64,000 bases of DNA from the human T2T-CHM13v2.0 reference genome, Homo sapiens. Location of the stretch: the NCBI RefSeq assembly GCF_009914755.1, contig NC_060925.1; one strand, written 5' to 3'. A model generated the notes under the pieces. That model was not told where the DNA came from. It saw only the letters and a list, made by a program, of their open reading frames with translations, and ran no database searches. The translations under genes and the position numbers were made by a program. This document shows positions 1 to 13,050 of the stretch, one piece after another; position 1 is the first letter of the stretch, and each line of letters begins with the position of its first letter.

Positions 1-58
1 CCAACAATAGAGAATTATCCAGTCCAAATGTCAATATTGTTGAGGTTAAGAAATCCTT
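1..58 (+). mobile_element. MER20 (hAT-Charlie) 3' end, cut by window edge
   Basis: 'aacaatagagaattatccagtccaaatgtcaatattgttgaggttaagaaatcct' resembles the MER20 terminus (...aagaattatccggcccaaaatgtcaatagtgccgaggttgagaaaccctg). Confidence 0.7.
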
Positions 59-404
59 ACGGACACTAGAGAAGTATAATAGAATAGTGGAAATTAGGAA
101 CTAAGTTAACTCATACATTAAGATAGTGTCTATGGAAATTATCAGTGAGAGCTATTAATGTTATAGAAGAGTTCTTATAGTTGTCATTTAAAAATATTGT
201 TCATTATTTTATTAAAGCCAGATAGAAGGCACTTTCTCAATATTCCCATTAATATGGGTTTCTGTCTCCTTCCCAATTTATCTTCACATAAATTAGGATG
301 CATTTTCTATAAGGATACATGATATAGTTAAGCATGCTAATCTTCACCAAAAGGGTAGACTGATTATTTAAGTCAGTTATTTCAATTTTTTTTTGTCTTC
401 CCAG

Positions 405-444
405 CTAAGCCAATTGGATCTGTCAGTGAAAACAAAAAAAGAAG
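405..444 (+). other. Candidate internal exon A (40 nt)
   Basis: Long polypyrimidine acceptor tttttttttgtcttcccag|CTAAG and donor AAG|gtattt; splice signals only, no transcript evidence. Confidence 0.35.
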
Positions 445-860
445 GTATTTTATTTCTCAAGAAATGGCATTCACTTTAATATATTGCATTAAATCCAAAT
501 ACAAAATATATTTTTGAAGTCGAATAATGAAAGAACGTGCTTCATTTCTTCAGATATTTGTGACTTAAAATCAGTTAATCAATGTGTCATAGGTATATAT
601 GTATTTGTATTTCTGTGTAGTGGCTCATAAATAACCAATTTTACTAAACTACACATAAACATTTGTAGCCTTCCGCTTTTAACTCTGTATGTCATTTTTT
701 AAATTTAATATCTCATTTATTGCTGAGATGGTGTAATCATTTCAAATTATTTGATGATTTTAAGTATTTCTAACTAGTTCATATCCTTTTGGCAAACCAT
801 GCTCAAGAGTAAAGTCACTCAATAATGTCCTTAAGACAAAATGAAGATCCTTTTTTCAAA

Positions 861-1504
861 TTTTATTATTTTTAAATTTAACTTTTATTTTAGGTTCAGG
901 GGTACATGTGCAGGCTTATGATACAGTAAATGTGTGTCATGGGAGTTTGTTGTGCAGATTATTTTATCACCCAGGTACTAAGCCTAGTACCCATTAGCTA
1001 TTGTGTCATGGGGGTTTGTTGTGCAGATTATTTTATCACCCATGTACTAAGCCTAGTACCCATTAGCTATTTTTCCTGATCCTCACCTTTCTCCCACCCT
1101 CCACCCTCTGATAGGCCCCAGTGTCTATTGTCCCTCTCTATGTGTCCATGTGTTCTCATCATTTAGCTTCCACTTATAATGAGAACATGTGGCATTTGGT
1201 TTTCTCTTCCTGCATTATTCTGCTAAGGATAATGGCATCTAGCTCTCTTTATATTCCTGGAAAGGGCATGATCTCATTCTTTTTAATGGCTGCATAGTAT
1301 TCCATGGTATATATGTACCATGTTTTCTTTATCCAGTCTACCACTGATGAACATTTAGGTTGATTCCGTGTCTTTGCTATTCTGAATGGTGCTGCAGTGG
1401 ATGTAAGTGTATGTGTGTCTTTATGATAGAATGATTTATATTCCTTTGGGTATATACCCAGTAAACAGGATTGCTGGATCAAATGGTATTTCTGTTTTTA
1501 GGTC
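861..1504 (-). mobile_element. 5'-truncated older L1PA (approx. L1PA13-16) 3' end
   Basis: T-rich tail, L1 3'UTR (ggtacatgtgcagg...cctagtacccattag) and ORF2 C-terminal remnant in ORF 1249..1482 (LLGIYPKEYKSF...WIKKTWYIYTMEYYAAIKKNEIM). Confidence 0.9.
933..1070. repeat. 69-bp tandem duplication inside the L1 3'UTR
   Basis: 933-1001 and 1002-1070 differ at 2 positions. Confidence 0.95.
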
Positions 1505-1737
1505 ATTTGTTTTTATTACCTCTGCCAAGTTCATTGTTAGCTATTCATCCTCCTCATCCCCTCTGGAAGTTCTTTCTAAATAATGTTGTAGAATTATTTA
1601 CTCTTTTTTTAAAATTCATTTTTGAGTACTACTTTATCTCAACAGTAAAAGTTCCTGAAGTTACTTATATAAATTCATTAAATTTTTGTGAAACACACAC
1701 TAAAGAAAAATTGATTCAGAAATTGTCTGTTTTTAAG

Positions 1738-1772
1738 ATATGGAGTATAGTTTGGAGACAATATAACCGAAG
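1738..1772 (+). other. Candidate internal exon B (35 nt; alternative acceptor at 1646 gives 127 nt)
   Basis: Acceptors ttgtctgtttttaag|ATATG (1738) or ctttatctcaacag|TAAAA (1646); perfect donor AAG|gtaagt at 1773. Confidence 0.4.
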
Positions 1773-1856
1773 GTAAGTGCCTTAACAAGAATCTTCCTCC
1801 CTATTTTATACTTATTTCTACTACAGTTTTCACTTGGTTTAGAAACCTTAATTCCC

Positions 1857-1959
1857 AGACTGTCAGCCTCATTAGGGCAGGAAGGGGTCTACTCTGCACA
1901 CTGTTGTAGCTTTAGTATTTAGCCCAAGTGCTGGCCCAGGGTGCACTCCATAAATATTT
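1857..1959 (+). mobile_element. L2 3' end fragment
   Basis: agactgtcagcctc..agggcagg....ataaatattt pattern typical of the L2 terminus. Confidence 0.5.
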
Positions 1960-2428
1960 ATCTTCATTTTCTATTGGGGCTATAGTAAATTAAATAATAC
2001 AAAGTTATTATCTTACAGTCCTGTAGGTCAGAAATCTTAGAGGAGTCTCATAAGATTTCAGCAGGGCTGATTCCTTCTGGAGGCTCTAGGGGAGAATGTG
2101 TTCCTTTGCCTTTTCCTACTTCTAGAGGCTCCCCACTTTCTTTGGTTCATGGCCCCTTCTTCCATCTTCAAAGCCAGAAACTGCAGGTAGAATCCTTCTG
2201 ATGCTGCCATCTCTCTGGTTCTCTGCAGTTGGGAAAGATTCTCTGCCTTTAAGAACTCATGTGATTAGATTGGGCCTATCTGTATTATCCACAGTACTCT
2301 CCCAATCTCAAGGTCCTCAATCTTAAGCACATCTGCAAAGACACTTTTGCCAGGTAAGATAACATGTTCACAGGCTCTAAGGATTAGGCCATGGACATCT
2401 TTAGGGGGACCTATCGTAATGTCTATTA
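1960..2428 (-). mobile_element. MLT1 (ERVL-MaLR) LTR, MLT1D/E-like
   Basis: ttccttctggaggctctaggggagaat...tggccccttcttccatcttcaaagccag...catctgcaaag...ggattagg...ggacatcttt are reverse-strand MLT1 hallmarks. Confidence 0.8.
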
Positions 2429-2687
2429 AATGAAAAAAACCCTGAAAACGTCTCATCAATTTTTATCATCAAAACTAGTCATCTACTTCTAACCATCTGT
2501 TGAGCTCCACTTCCATTTCCAGTGTGGGCACTGACATTCCAATGGGCATGCCTACCTTTTTTCCTAAGAATCCCTTGCTTTGATGGGTCAGCCTTCTTCT
2601 TTGGTGTTCGATTCTGCCTCTGTTCATTATCACTCTACCATGTCAGCAGTCTACCATTAGGGATCACTGTCAATAATGATTGGAAGT

Positions 2688-3078
2688 TGATATGGTTTGG
2701 CTCTGTGTCCCTGCTCAAATCTCATGTTGAATTGTAATTCCCATTGTTGGAGGTGGGGCCTGGTGGGAGGTGATTGGATCATGGGGGTGGTTTCTAATGG
2801 TTTAGCACAATCCCCCTCGCACTGTCTTGTGACAGAGTTCTCACAAGATCTGATTGTTTCCGTGTATAGCACCTCCCCCTTCACTCTCTTTTCCTGCTCC
2901 ACCCATGTAAGCTGTGCCTCTTTCCTCTTTGCCTTCTGCCATGATTGCAAGTTTCCTGAGACCGCCCCAGCATGCTTCTGGTACAGCCTGTGGAACCAGG
3001 AGCCAATTAAACCTCTTTTCTTTATAAATACCCAGTCTCAGGTAGTTCTTTATAGCAGTGCAAGAATGGACTAATATG
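2688..3078 (+). mobile_element. MSTA-like solo LTR (ERVL-MaLR)
   Basis: Starts tgatatggtttggctctgtgtccc, ends gaatggactaatatg; aattaaa signal; 5-bp TSD gaagt/ggagt. Confidence 0.9.
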
Positions 3079-3520
3079 GGAGTGAATCTTTCAAATTCCA
3101 GAGCTTCAAGATGAGTGTGTGGCAAAATGGGAGAGAAGTAAAGAAAGGAGAGGTTGCCCATCTCTCCACGTTTTGAGCTATACCTGGTGAGAGGCATTCC
3201 AGAGTTTTGTTGCTGACATCCCATTGTAAAGAGTTTCTAATATAGTGTTTTTGATATCAATTTATGGTTCAGTAGATCCCTAACATGAGTCTATGAGACT
3301 GGATGAGAGTTAGAATCAAGTTATAAACACAAAAATGTACTGTCAAGCTTAATAAATGACCCAATTTGCTGTTTGATTCATCCTTTCCTGAAAATGAATT
3401 TTTTTCTTCATTTCCCTGGTCAAATTGATTTTTGGTGGTGTTTGGACATGTCTGCATTCCAGCTAAGGCTACATGTGGACCCACCCACATTGGATCACTT
3501 GGTTTTCTTGTTCTTAGCAG

Positions 3521-3553
3521 ATTACAAGCAACATATTTTGTTGTTTGATGCTG
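3521..3553 (+). other. Candidate internal exon C (33 nt, NAGNAG acceptor)
   Basis: ggttttcttgttcttagcag|ATTAC...GATGCTG|gtaagc. Confidence 0.35.
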
Positions 3554-3873
3554 GTAAGCAACCATAATGGCAAAAGCAAAGAAGGGATAGTTTCTTATCC
3601 TTTCAAAAATATTTATTAGGTACATATTAAATTCTAAGTTCTACTCTACTATTGGGGCTGTAACAGTGAGAAGAAATTAAAAGACATTTTGACAAATATC
3701 CTGACTTATTAAAAAGAAATAAAATCTGCAGAAAGCCAATAGTAGAATTCCAAGAGTATAGCCATCAGATGAAGATGATAGGCCAGAAGCTAAAAACATC
3801 TTTTGAATCTTTTATATCATTGTGTATTGTATCAATAATAGTTTAACCATGCATTTTATGTACTGTTTCTCAG

Positions 3874-4117
3874 TAATAATAAAAGCAAATATTGTTGAGC
3901 GTGGATTTTATGCCAGGAACTGTTCTAAGCACATTGATTCCTCACAGCAACCCTATGGAAACATTATTATTAGTATCCCTGTTTAACATATGAGGAAATT
4001 GAGAAAGGTTAAGAGAAAGGTTAAGTGTCATGCCTAACAGTAACAGATGGTGGTTGGCAAAGCCAGGATTTGAACACAGACATTCCAGAATAAAGTCTAC
4101 ACTTCTAAACACCATGC
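3874..4117 (-). mobile_element. MIR SINE
   Basis: tgccaggaactgttctaagcac...cctcacagcaaccctatg...atgaggaaattgag...ccaggatttgaac is the reverse MIR core. Confidence 0.8.
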
Positions 4118-4468
4118 AACAATATAAGGAAGTGTTATATATGTTTTAAAAGTGTCTCATAGAATTGTTGGCATATAAATAAATGTCATTACTTTATGAT
4201 AATTCATTAAACTGTATACTATAAAGATAAATGTACTTTTCTGTGTGGTGTATGCTAAAGTTTTAAGGGTTGGTTATCATAGTACCTAAAAGGCTAAATC
4301 TAAATAATCAATCAATTCTATGGAAAAAACATGTTATTATGTTGTTATTGGACTATTACTATACTTATTCACAAGCAGAGGAATGGGGACATAATAAAGG
4401 AAGGTACAGAGAAGGGCAGTGAGTATCTGTGAGGAAAAGATGGTAGTCTCTGGTGGGCAAGAAGATCC

Positions 4469-5042
4469 TGCACTAAATCATGCCTCTTTATTTTCTGTAC
4501 CTCTGATGTTTTGACATCTGGGGCATTGCTGCTTCTCTCCAGACTAGCCAATTCCTAGAGATTGCCAATGGGTTGGTCTGCTGGTGTACTTTTCATATGA
4601 AAACTAACCAATCCACAGTTCATATCCCCCAACTGCCTTCTTTATCCAACTCTTATACTCCAGGGCCACTATTAGCCTGCCCAAATCACCACAGGGTGCC
4701 AGGTATCAGACAACTAGGGCCAACTCCTTCATCTCTCTTTCCCTGTCTCCTCTGACACACATTATGATGAAACTATTCCAACTAGCCAATCATAAACCTG
4801 CATAGCCTGTCTACCTCTCCCACTCCTTCTTGCTAAGAAAAACAAAATAAAGGCTCTAGCCCACATTTTTCTCCCTCTTGCCTCCTGACTGATCCTGTGC
4901 TTCCCTGTGTGGTCCCCCTGTGGTGTGGCATGCCCCCTCCTTTTGGAACTGTGAATAGGAAACAATCTTTTCAATGACAGTTGTCTCCAGGTGTGTTGGC
5001 CTCACCATAACTGAATAATAATAAAACCGATGTTTTAAAACA
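4469..5042 (+). mobile_element. ERVL-class solo LTR (MER77-like)
   Basis: TG...CA ends, 5-bp TSD gatcc/gaccc, several CCAAT boxes, aataaaggctct; subfamily from memory. Confidence 0.7.
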
Positions 5043-5649
5043 GACCCTTGGTATTTCCTCCACATATTTTTCTAATTTGTGATACACTTGGACAAGTGTC
5101 TTACAAAAATAAATTCAAAATTTTTTGAAGACCCACTAGAAACAAATTAGTTCTAGATACTATGGACATTTCAAAAATGAATGGCATGGCATTTGTGGGC
5201 AAGGAATCTATTTTTCAACCACAGGAGATAATATAATACATTGATAATATACACTATAAGACAGACTATATGTACTAGTGAAGTGGACCAAAGGCTTTAG
5301 AATTATAAGAGGAAATAACTATTAAAACTTGTTAAGAAAGTCAGGGAAGTCTTCATGTAAAAGAAAGTATCTAAATTGAGCTTTGAGGGTTATGGAGCAT
5401 TTTGACAAATAAAGATGATTTCAGACAGAAGAAAAACTATGAATTTTAATTGAACTATGCAAGGGTCCAGGGACAGGAAGACAGAAACTTTGAGTATTTC
5501 CACTGGGTGGAAGAACAGGATGCATGTTTGAGAGACATAGATATCACAGAGATAGATGGTAGAGTTTTAGAAGACCTTGGCTAAAGAATTAGAATTGAAT
5601 TCAGGAAAATGCCTAGGTTCTTGTTTAAGCATAACCAGGTTATATAATT

Positions 5650-6619
5650 ACTAATTATATACAACTAGTATGAAATATTGGTAAGTGGGAAAACCTCTTC
5701 CTCTTTTTGCAGCCAGAGACAGGGGTGCATAATAAGTCAGTCTCAGGCTCTGAAACTGTGCAGAATCTTAGGTCGCAGGTTCATGCCCTCACTACCATTA
5801 CCCAGAGTTTGCTGGTTCTTCTAGAAGAGAAAGATCTTACCTCATAGAGCCTAGAAATCCTGAATTTCCACTTTATTAGCCATGATATCAAACAGACTTG
5901 AGAAATATGAGTTGTATTCTATAGTCTACGAATGGGTGCTAGACTGACTATTGCTTATTTATAGAATTCAGAACAGGTCTTGCATTTGGGCTTTCAACAG
6001 AGCCATTGGGAATTTTTCAATGAGAACTATTGAAAACCAGCACAACACTATGCTTTGTTTGATAAATAGGGTAAATTCCCTTCTGAAAGTTTAGGCTGAA
6101 TTATCATCTTAGTGTGCATAACTAAGCATCAAACCTATATCAAGCTCTCAGAAACAGGAATCTTAATGAGGTTGGTAGTGGTTTGTGAAGAACTTTAGAG
6201 GTCTAGACAGTACACAGGATTTGGGGTAGTTAATGTAGAGGAAAGATTATTAACTTTGGAGTGAGAACTATGTGGAGTTGTTTTGTGGCTTAGTCACTGA
6301 ATTGCTCTCTAAACTTGGCCACTGTGGGGTAATGAACGGGGTTGTTCAATGGTGATTCTGGAAATATTCTGGATTGCCTGAACGGTGAGCTGGGCTGGGG
6401 CACCCCCACCTCATTCCGGTGAAAAGGGGTATTCCCAAGACTAACTCCCCATAGTTTCAGGAGCTTCTTCTTCCTGGTAGATGTGCAACGCACCATGAGC
6501 CCCAAGTTCTTGAGTTTGCTGGGCAGCTGCCATTCCCAGACTACTTCTGTAAACCGCTGACACCCTTGATGGTGGTGGAGGTGTTGAGGAAGGACGAGGA
6601 GGAAAGAACTCTTGAAACC
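5650..6619 (-). pseudogene. Possible decayed coding exon or terminal lncRNA exon (unidentified)
   Basis: Not recognised as a repeat; 109 open codons from cag|GGT at 6619 to TAA at 6290-6292; further protein-like stretches broken by stops; minus-strand AATAAA at 5872-5877. Confidence 0.25.
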
Positions 6620-6838
6620 CTGTTTAGGTTTAAATTACATAATGAGTTTATAAAATATTTAAATTTCTGCCGTGGGTCCTGGGAGCTAGGGGAAAGAGGA
6701 GAGGGAGAAACAAAGAGGGCAAGGACTGAGGGAATTGGGAACTGGCATCAGGTGGTAAAAATTTCTCTTCCTAAGTGTGAAGACTGAGAGTTTGGAGACA
6801 CAGATTTAGAACATACTTTCCATGTTCTATAATAATTA

Positions 6839-7530
<692 letters not shown>

Positions 7531-7538
7531 ATTTATAG

Positions 7539-7720
7539 TTCACAAACTTGTACAAATACATCTTCCCATGTAATTCTTCTACGAGCCCTGTAAGGTACAT
7601 ATTATCATCCTTTGAAACTGGAGGAAAAGTAGACTCAGATGAAGTTAACTTTTTTTCAGGGGCACTCCATAGTGAACAATAGGATTAGGCTTTCAACTCA
7701 TCCTTAGACTTTGCCTATGA
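7539..7720 (-). mobile_element. MIR fragment (probable host of the MER1B and Alu insertions)
   Basis: gccctgtaaggtac..attatcatcc...gaggaaa..agactcaga..gaagttaa reverse MIR core. Confidence 0.55.
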
Positions 7721-7968
7721 CTAATGGACACACTGCCATCTCTCTACTAGCTAACATAGACTCCCTCAGTTAGAAGAAGAGTCACTTTTACATTAACCCA
7801 CAGGTTAGAGCGAATGCCCCTTGTTTTCTACCTGGACATCTAGGTCAAAGAAGCATGGTGTTCTCTGCTCATAAACAATTTTGGTCTAAATGAACACATG
7901 CTTGTCTGATTTCTAAGGGAGTTCTCATCAATATTGGGCTGTGTTTAGTGTCTTCTTTTTCTGTCTAG

Positions 7969-8095
7969 GTCTGGGAAACCAGTCCTCCACAGCTTTTAGT
8001 CTTAGCTGAAAATATTTACACAGAAGCAGTGAAACAGCTATAATTCTACCAAATTGAACAAAATATCATGAATAAATTTCATATTTTTAGAGCAA
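7969..8095 (+). other. Candidate terminal exon D with polyadenylation signal
   Basis: Acceptor gtgtcttctttttctgtctag|GTCTGG; AATAAA at 8071-8076; 3' end approximate. Confidence 0.35.
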
Positions 8096-8355
8096 AGGAC
8101 CTTAACATTTAATTATTTTATCACATCTCTTGTTCCATCTTCAGCAAATGCAACTGGAAAGAAAAGAAACCTTGTGTAAGTTACAGAACAAACTCGTGAT
8201 GCTACCATTATACAATGCCAGGGATTCTCATAGAGAAAGCTGTGGTGGAAGAGATAAGAGCACCAGAGACTCGCAGAGTTAGTGGGAAATGCTTGCACCT
8301 TTGTGATTGGCTACCATGTTCTGACACAGAGTATGCCATCAAGTATATATTATTT

Positions 8356-8652
8356 AATTTATTTCTGTAGAGAGACTGAGTCTTGCTCTAGTGCCCAGGC
8401 TGGAGTGCAGTGGCACAATCTCAGCGCACTGCAACCTCTGCCTCCGGGTTCAAACAATTCTCCTGCCTCAGCCTCCCGAGTAGCTAGGATTACAGGCGCA
8501 CCCCATCATGCTGGGCTAATTTGTGTATTTCTAGTAAAGAAGGGGTTTCACCATGTTGGCCAGGCTGTCCTCGAACTCCTGACCTCAAGTGATCTGCCTG
8601 CCTCGGCCTCCCAAAGTGCTGGAATTACAGGCATGAGCCACTGTGCCTGGCC
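8356..8652 (-). mobile_element. AluS (Sx/Sz-like)
   Basis: Reverse Alu ending ...gagccactgtgcctggcc; TSD aagtatatattattt/aagtatgtactattt. Confidence 0.95.
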
Positions 8653-11494
8653 AAGTATGTACTATTTTAATGAGCACATGTTTGTAAGAGCTAAAGTATA
8701 TAATGGGCCAATACACATCTATGTATCTGTCCCCCAGAAAATTGACAAGAATAATTTAAATTCATTTGCTAATGTTTTCTCTAAAATAGCAGAGGAAATC
8801 CAGTTATTATACTCTGTAAGCAACTCCCTTAAAATATTTGGAAATAGATGTCCTCTTTCTTCCTCTTCTCTTCTCCTTGATAAATTTTCAATCATGGAGT
8901 CATCATTCATTTGACCAATTTATACCTGTTCGGTCATTGGCTGTCTTCCAAATCATGCTTGAGCACTTCACAGTTTTCCCATGAAGTTAAAAATGGTCCA
9001 CACTGCATAATGTAGTAAGAATTGTGACAATGAGCTATATGTTACACACCTTCAGGGGCAGGCATGATTTGTCAATGACTGATGTATGTCACTTACATCT
9101 TTAGACTGTGATCCAATTTATTTTCTTTCCAACTCTTCACAGTTTCTATCTTATATTGATGCAATTTCATTGTACCGATTACACAATTATCACAATTACA
9201 ATATTGTAATAATCATATTGTTATAATTATTACAATTTCATTGTATCTTCATATTATTGCTCTGAATCATCACTAAGAATTTCATGAAGTTTGTTTCTGA
9301 TTCCAACTCTAACATACCTCAGCCATTGAGATTCAACTACCTCACTCTCTCCTTGGATTTGTTTTCCTTTTTAGATAGAATGAGGAAGCTCTCCTTTCCA
9401 TCATTTGACATAAGGCATTGATGAAGCTTTCATCATCACTTGCCCTAGTAAGGAGCCATACAGAATACTATTATGTTTCCCCTCAGTGTCTCTTGACTGC
9501 ATTAAACTACTCACACTTATTTAGATGTAGCTTTCCAGCTGAAACAAGAGCAACTGCAATTTCCCCAAAGGAGCTGTGTGTTCTAGAACAATTTTTTTAT
9601 TCAACTTAACGAGGGACAATACTAATACCAAAGCTTTGCCAAAGCTGCCTGCAATGAAGAACGAAATAAAAGGAGAATGACTATACATTTAGCTGCCAAC
9701 ACTGAATATGAGAACACATTTTTTTTTTTTTTTGCAGGAAATGCCATGTCTGTACCCAAGAGTAACATTTTCCTCTTCATACAGATTTACAGGTGCAGAG
9801 CAATTGTCTCCCTCATTTTTAGTAAAAAAAAAAAAAAATTAATAATTTGAAGTTAGACTCAAGTAAATCTATTAATTTTGAAATAAAGAATTATTTAGAG
9901 TCCAGATTTAACATTTTTTATTAAAATTTGAGTTGGGACTTAGATTTAAAACATAATCTGACAGAAAATAAAAGATCAGTTGTATAAGCAGTGGCTATTT
10001 GCTTTGGTGGCTGGTTTTATTTGAAAGCTTCTGATAGCTACAGGCTGGGAGAGTCTTTGGCAACAGTCAAAAATGATTGTTTATTTGGTTGAATAACCTG
10101 ACAACATATAAAAATAACTGCTAGAAATGCTATCTTCCCAAATTCAAAAGAGAGCCAAAGATTTCCTGGCAAACAAGTCTGGTTGTTGAGACGCTTGTGT
10201 GCCTCCTCTCCTGTGTGATCAGTGATCACCACGATTCTGGCCCTCGCCTGCATCCCAGGCAGGCAATGTCAGAGCCCATCATGACATCCCCCTCACTGTG
10301 CCATGTTGCTAAATCATCCTGTACTCAGCCACAGGGAATAGGAAAAGAAATAACGAAGCTTCTGAAGAAAGAAACGCTTTTCTACCCATCTACCCTCCCC
10401 TTAGCTGTTAGAGCCAGCATGGAAAGGAGGTTTTGAAGTGACTGTATACCAAATTGCAATAAACAAACAGAAGAAACTTTATTGATTTCCTTATTCTTTG
10501 AAGGGCTAAGAAGCAGTATAGAAAATTGTGAAACAGCAATATCACAGAGCTCAATAAGGCTGCTCTTAGAGCAGAACCAAACAGACGAGGGAATTTACAG
10601 ATCACCTGCTGCCCAGAGACCACTGGGCTTTGTGTATGTATTCCTGAATACAGAAAAGTTGAGCAAACAGGTATTCATCTTTTGCATTGCTAGGTAGGAG
10701 GCTGGAATGGACTTGCTTTCTTCTTTAATTCTTTCACCCATTTATATCTGAGGTGCCATGCTGGCTACTGTCATTCCAAAGAACTGCCCATGACCAAAGT
10801 CAACATCCCCTTCTTGCTGACCACATTTTTTTCTTTTAGTTTTACTGACTGTAAAGAATTCCTTCACTTAGAGAGGTGATCAAGTTGTTAGCCAAATACT
10901 CTGCTACAGATTACACTCCTTGCTGAAGCATAGATAATATTGTGATAATGAAGCTCACTGATGTAAATCCTTTAAATTTACAAATGTGGTCTGATTTCTT
11001 GGGATATCATCATTACGTGACATTACCTGAAGCAGAGCTCAATCTAGGGGGCCAAGTCATGCATTTTATTAAATCGTTACCAAAAATGACTGGCCCTTAG
11101 AACTGCAGTGGTATAAGTTGCACCTTATAGGACTCTTAATTATTGTCTTCATATCTTTTCCAAAAGGCCTATGAAGTTGAAATGCAATATTTCGTTTTTG
11201 ACACTTAATCCATGAGGATGTCCTTGGAGATCTATTATGCCTTTAAATTAATTTATGTACATTCTGTAATGATTGTGCTATGCTGAAGATGCTACAAAAT
11301 GCTTTGGGTTTTGTAAATAGGTTCAATGGGAAAGTTACAGTAAAACTTTTATAGTTATAAGTCAATGTAGAACTAGAGTTAATCAGAAAAAAAAAGCAGC
11401 TAATTCAAATGTTTAAAAATACTGTCAAAGTGTTATGGATGTATGAATGCTTCCCTTTTTATCATTAACTAAACATTTCTGATAAGATGTAAAG

Positions 11495-11680
11495 GAAACA
11501 GCATGGCTTTGTAATCATATAAGCTGTTTTTATTTCTTACCCTGCTACCTAGAAGCTATTTGGCTTGGGTCATCTCGGCAAGCCTCAGTTTATCTCTAAG
11601 ATAGGAATAAAAATACTGATTTCAGTTTGGTTATAATGGCAAAATAAACCCCTAGCACGGTACCCGTTACATAATTGGCA
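11495..11680 (+). mobile_element. MIR SINE
   Basis: gcatggctttgtaatca...gcctcagtttatc..taagataggaataa...cctagcacggtac. Confidence 0.55.
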
Positions 11681-12630
11681 AAACTGGAAATTTGTTTACT
11701 TTCAATTAGGTTAGGGATCAGAGTTAACTTGCTCCTCTCTCAGACTCTTTATTATGTAACATTTTCAGGACATGTCCAGGCCAAGTTCCTACACTGGTCT
11801 TTAGACTCTCTCCCAGGGACAATCTGTGGGCAATTATTCCACCTATAGTGCTTTCTAGCCAATGAAGATGGGATAATTGGCAAGCCATTTTTCTGAAGAA
11901 GTAGAAAGCTCAGTAAGCTACTATGGTCAAACTGTCCTGTCTTGCCTGATGCTCATTTTGTGGTTCCTTAAGAAATCCTGAAGCCTGCATAAAAGCTTCA
12001 GGATGGCAAAAACCATGATTCTTAGGATCCAAAGTGGAAATGGTTCTCTCTACATGTAATGATTGTTAACCTGAAGTTACACCAAGGCAATTTGATCTTT
12101 TGGTGCTTTTGTAATTTTCCCATAGTAGACAATCATTTGATCTGAGAGGGCAAATGCCAGAATGTCTAGAACAAGTAGGACCTCGAACAACCAGGGGAAA
12201 TAACAATGGTTACACTAAATTGGAAGATAAAACTGTCACCTGGACATTTTGGGCTCCTTATGCTCTTAACCAATAGGCAAAAAATGGGTTCCTTTAATGA
12301 AGTGGACAATTATTTGGAAAGCCACTAATTTCTTACCTTTAGGAAGCCCAGATTTTTAGTTACACTTGATGCTGGCTATCCCTATCCTAATAACCTGGGA
12401 TGGCAAGCCACCAGGGCCTGTCTCATAATAGCAGAATGTCAGAAAACCAATTGCAAATAAGATTAGGTTTAACTGGAATTATTTATTGTCAGCTAAATAC
12501 AACTAATTCTTATTTGTTCAAATATATAGAATTTCAGATACTCTTGAGTTCAAGTTTCTACTTGATATCAACAATAACTTTGCTGTATTTTGCTAATATA
12601 TATTATCTTTCCTGTAGTTGAGCAAGGCTA

Positions 12631-12740
12631 GCATGATTGTTAATTTTAGCATGTCAGCTTGACTGGGCTAAGGGATGCCCCCATAACTGACAGAACATTA
12701 TTAATGGTTGTCTGTGAGACTATTTCTGGAGGAGAAGATA
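12631..12740 (+). mobile_element. MLT2 (ERVL) LTR 5' fragment
   Basis: tgattgttaatttta..tgtcagcttgactgggctaagggatgccc is the MLT2 start motif. Confidence 0.7.
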
Positions 12741-13050
12741 ATTTCAGGAAGAGGTATAGGTCTATTCAAAAGGTGCAAAACATAGAAAAGGCATAGCCAT
12801 TGCTTCAGTGCAGTTAAAGCAAGGACATCTATGGGATAACATAGTAGATGAGCTGTTAGACAAAGCTGAAATCTGATCAAGAAAGATGTAGTATGTCAAA
12901 TTAAGAGCTTTCAATTTCTTCTTGCAGATGAGGGGAGCTACTGAATAATTTTCAGCCAAAGAGCGACTTGACCTGACGTGAATTTTGGAAAGATTGCTTT
13001 TACAGGCTGTGGAGGATGGATGGGTAGAAGCCTGAAGTTTAATATCTGAG
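12741..13050 (-). mobile_element. L2 fragment
   Basis: gatgaggggagctactgaataattttcagc...ttggaaagattgctttt.caggctgtgga typical reverse L2. Confidence 0.55.

Noticed and set aside
2657-3224. Overlapping 97-127 aa ORFs (also 20820-21134, 34261-34620, 43095-43490)
   Set aside because: Lie within MST, THE1, MER4 and MLT1F LTRs
5820-5840. Minus-strand gtaaga...ttctag apparent intron
   Set aside because: Only about 21 nt, too short for spliceosomal removal
8282-8914. Longest ORF (210 aa)
   Set aside because: GTG start; the core is antisense-Alu translation (QAGVQWHNL...[12 protein letters not shown]) with AT-rich read-through
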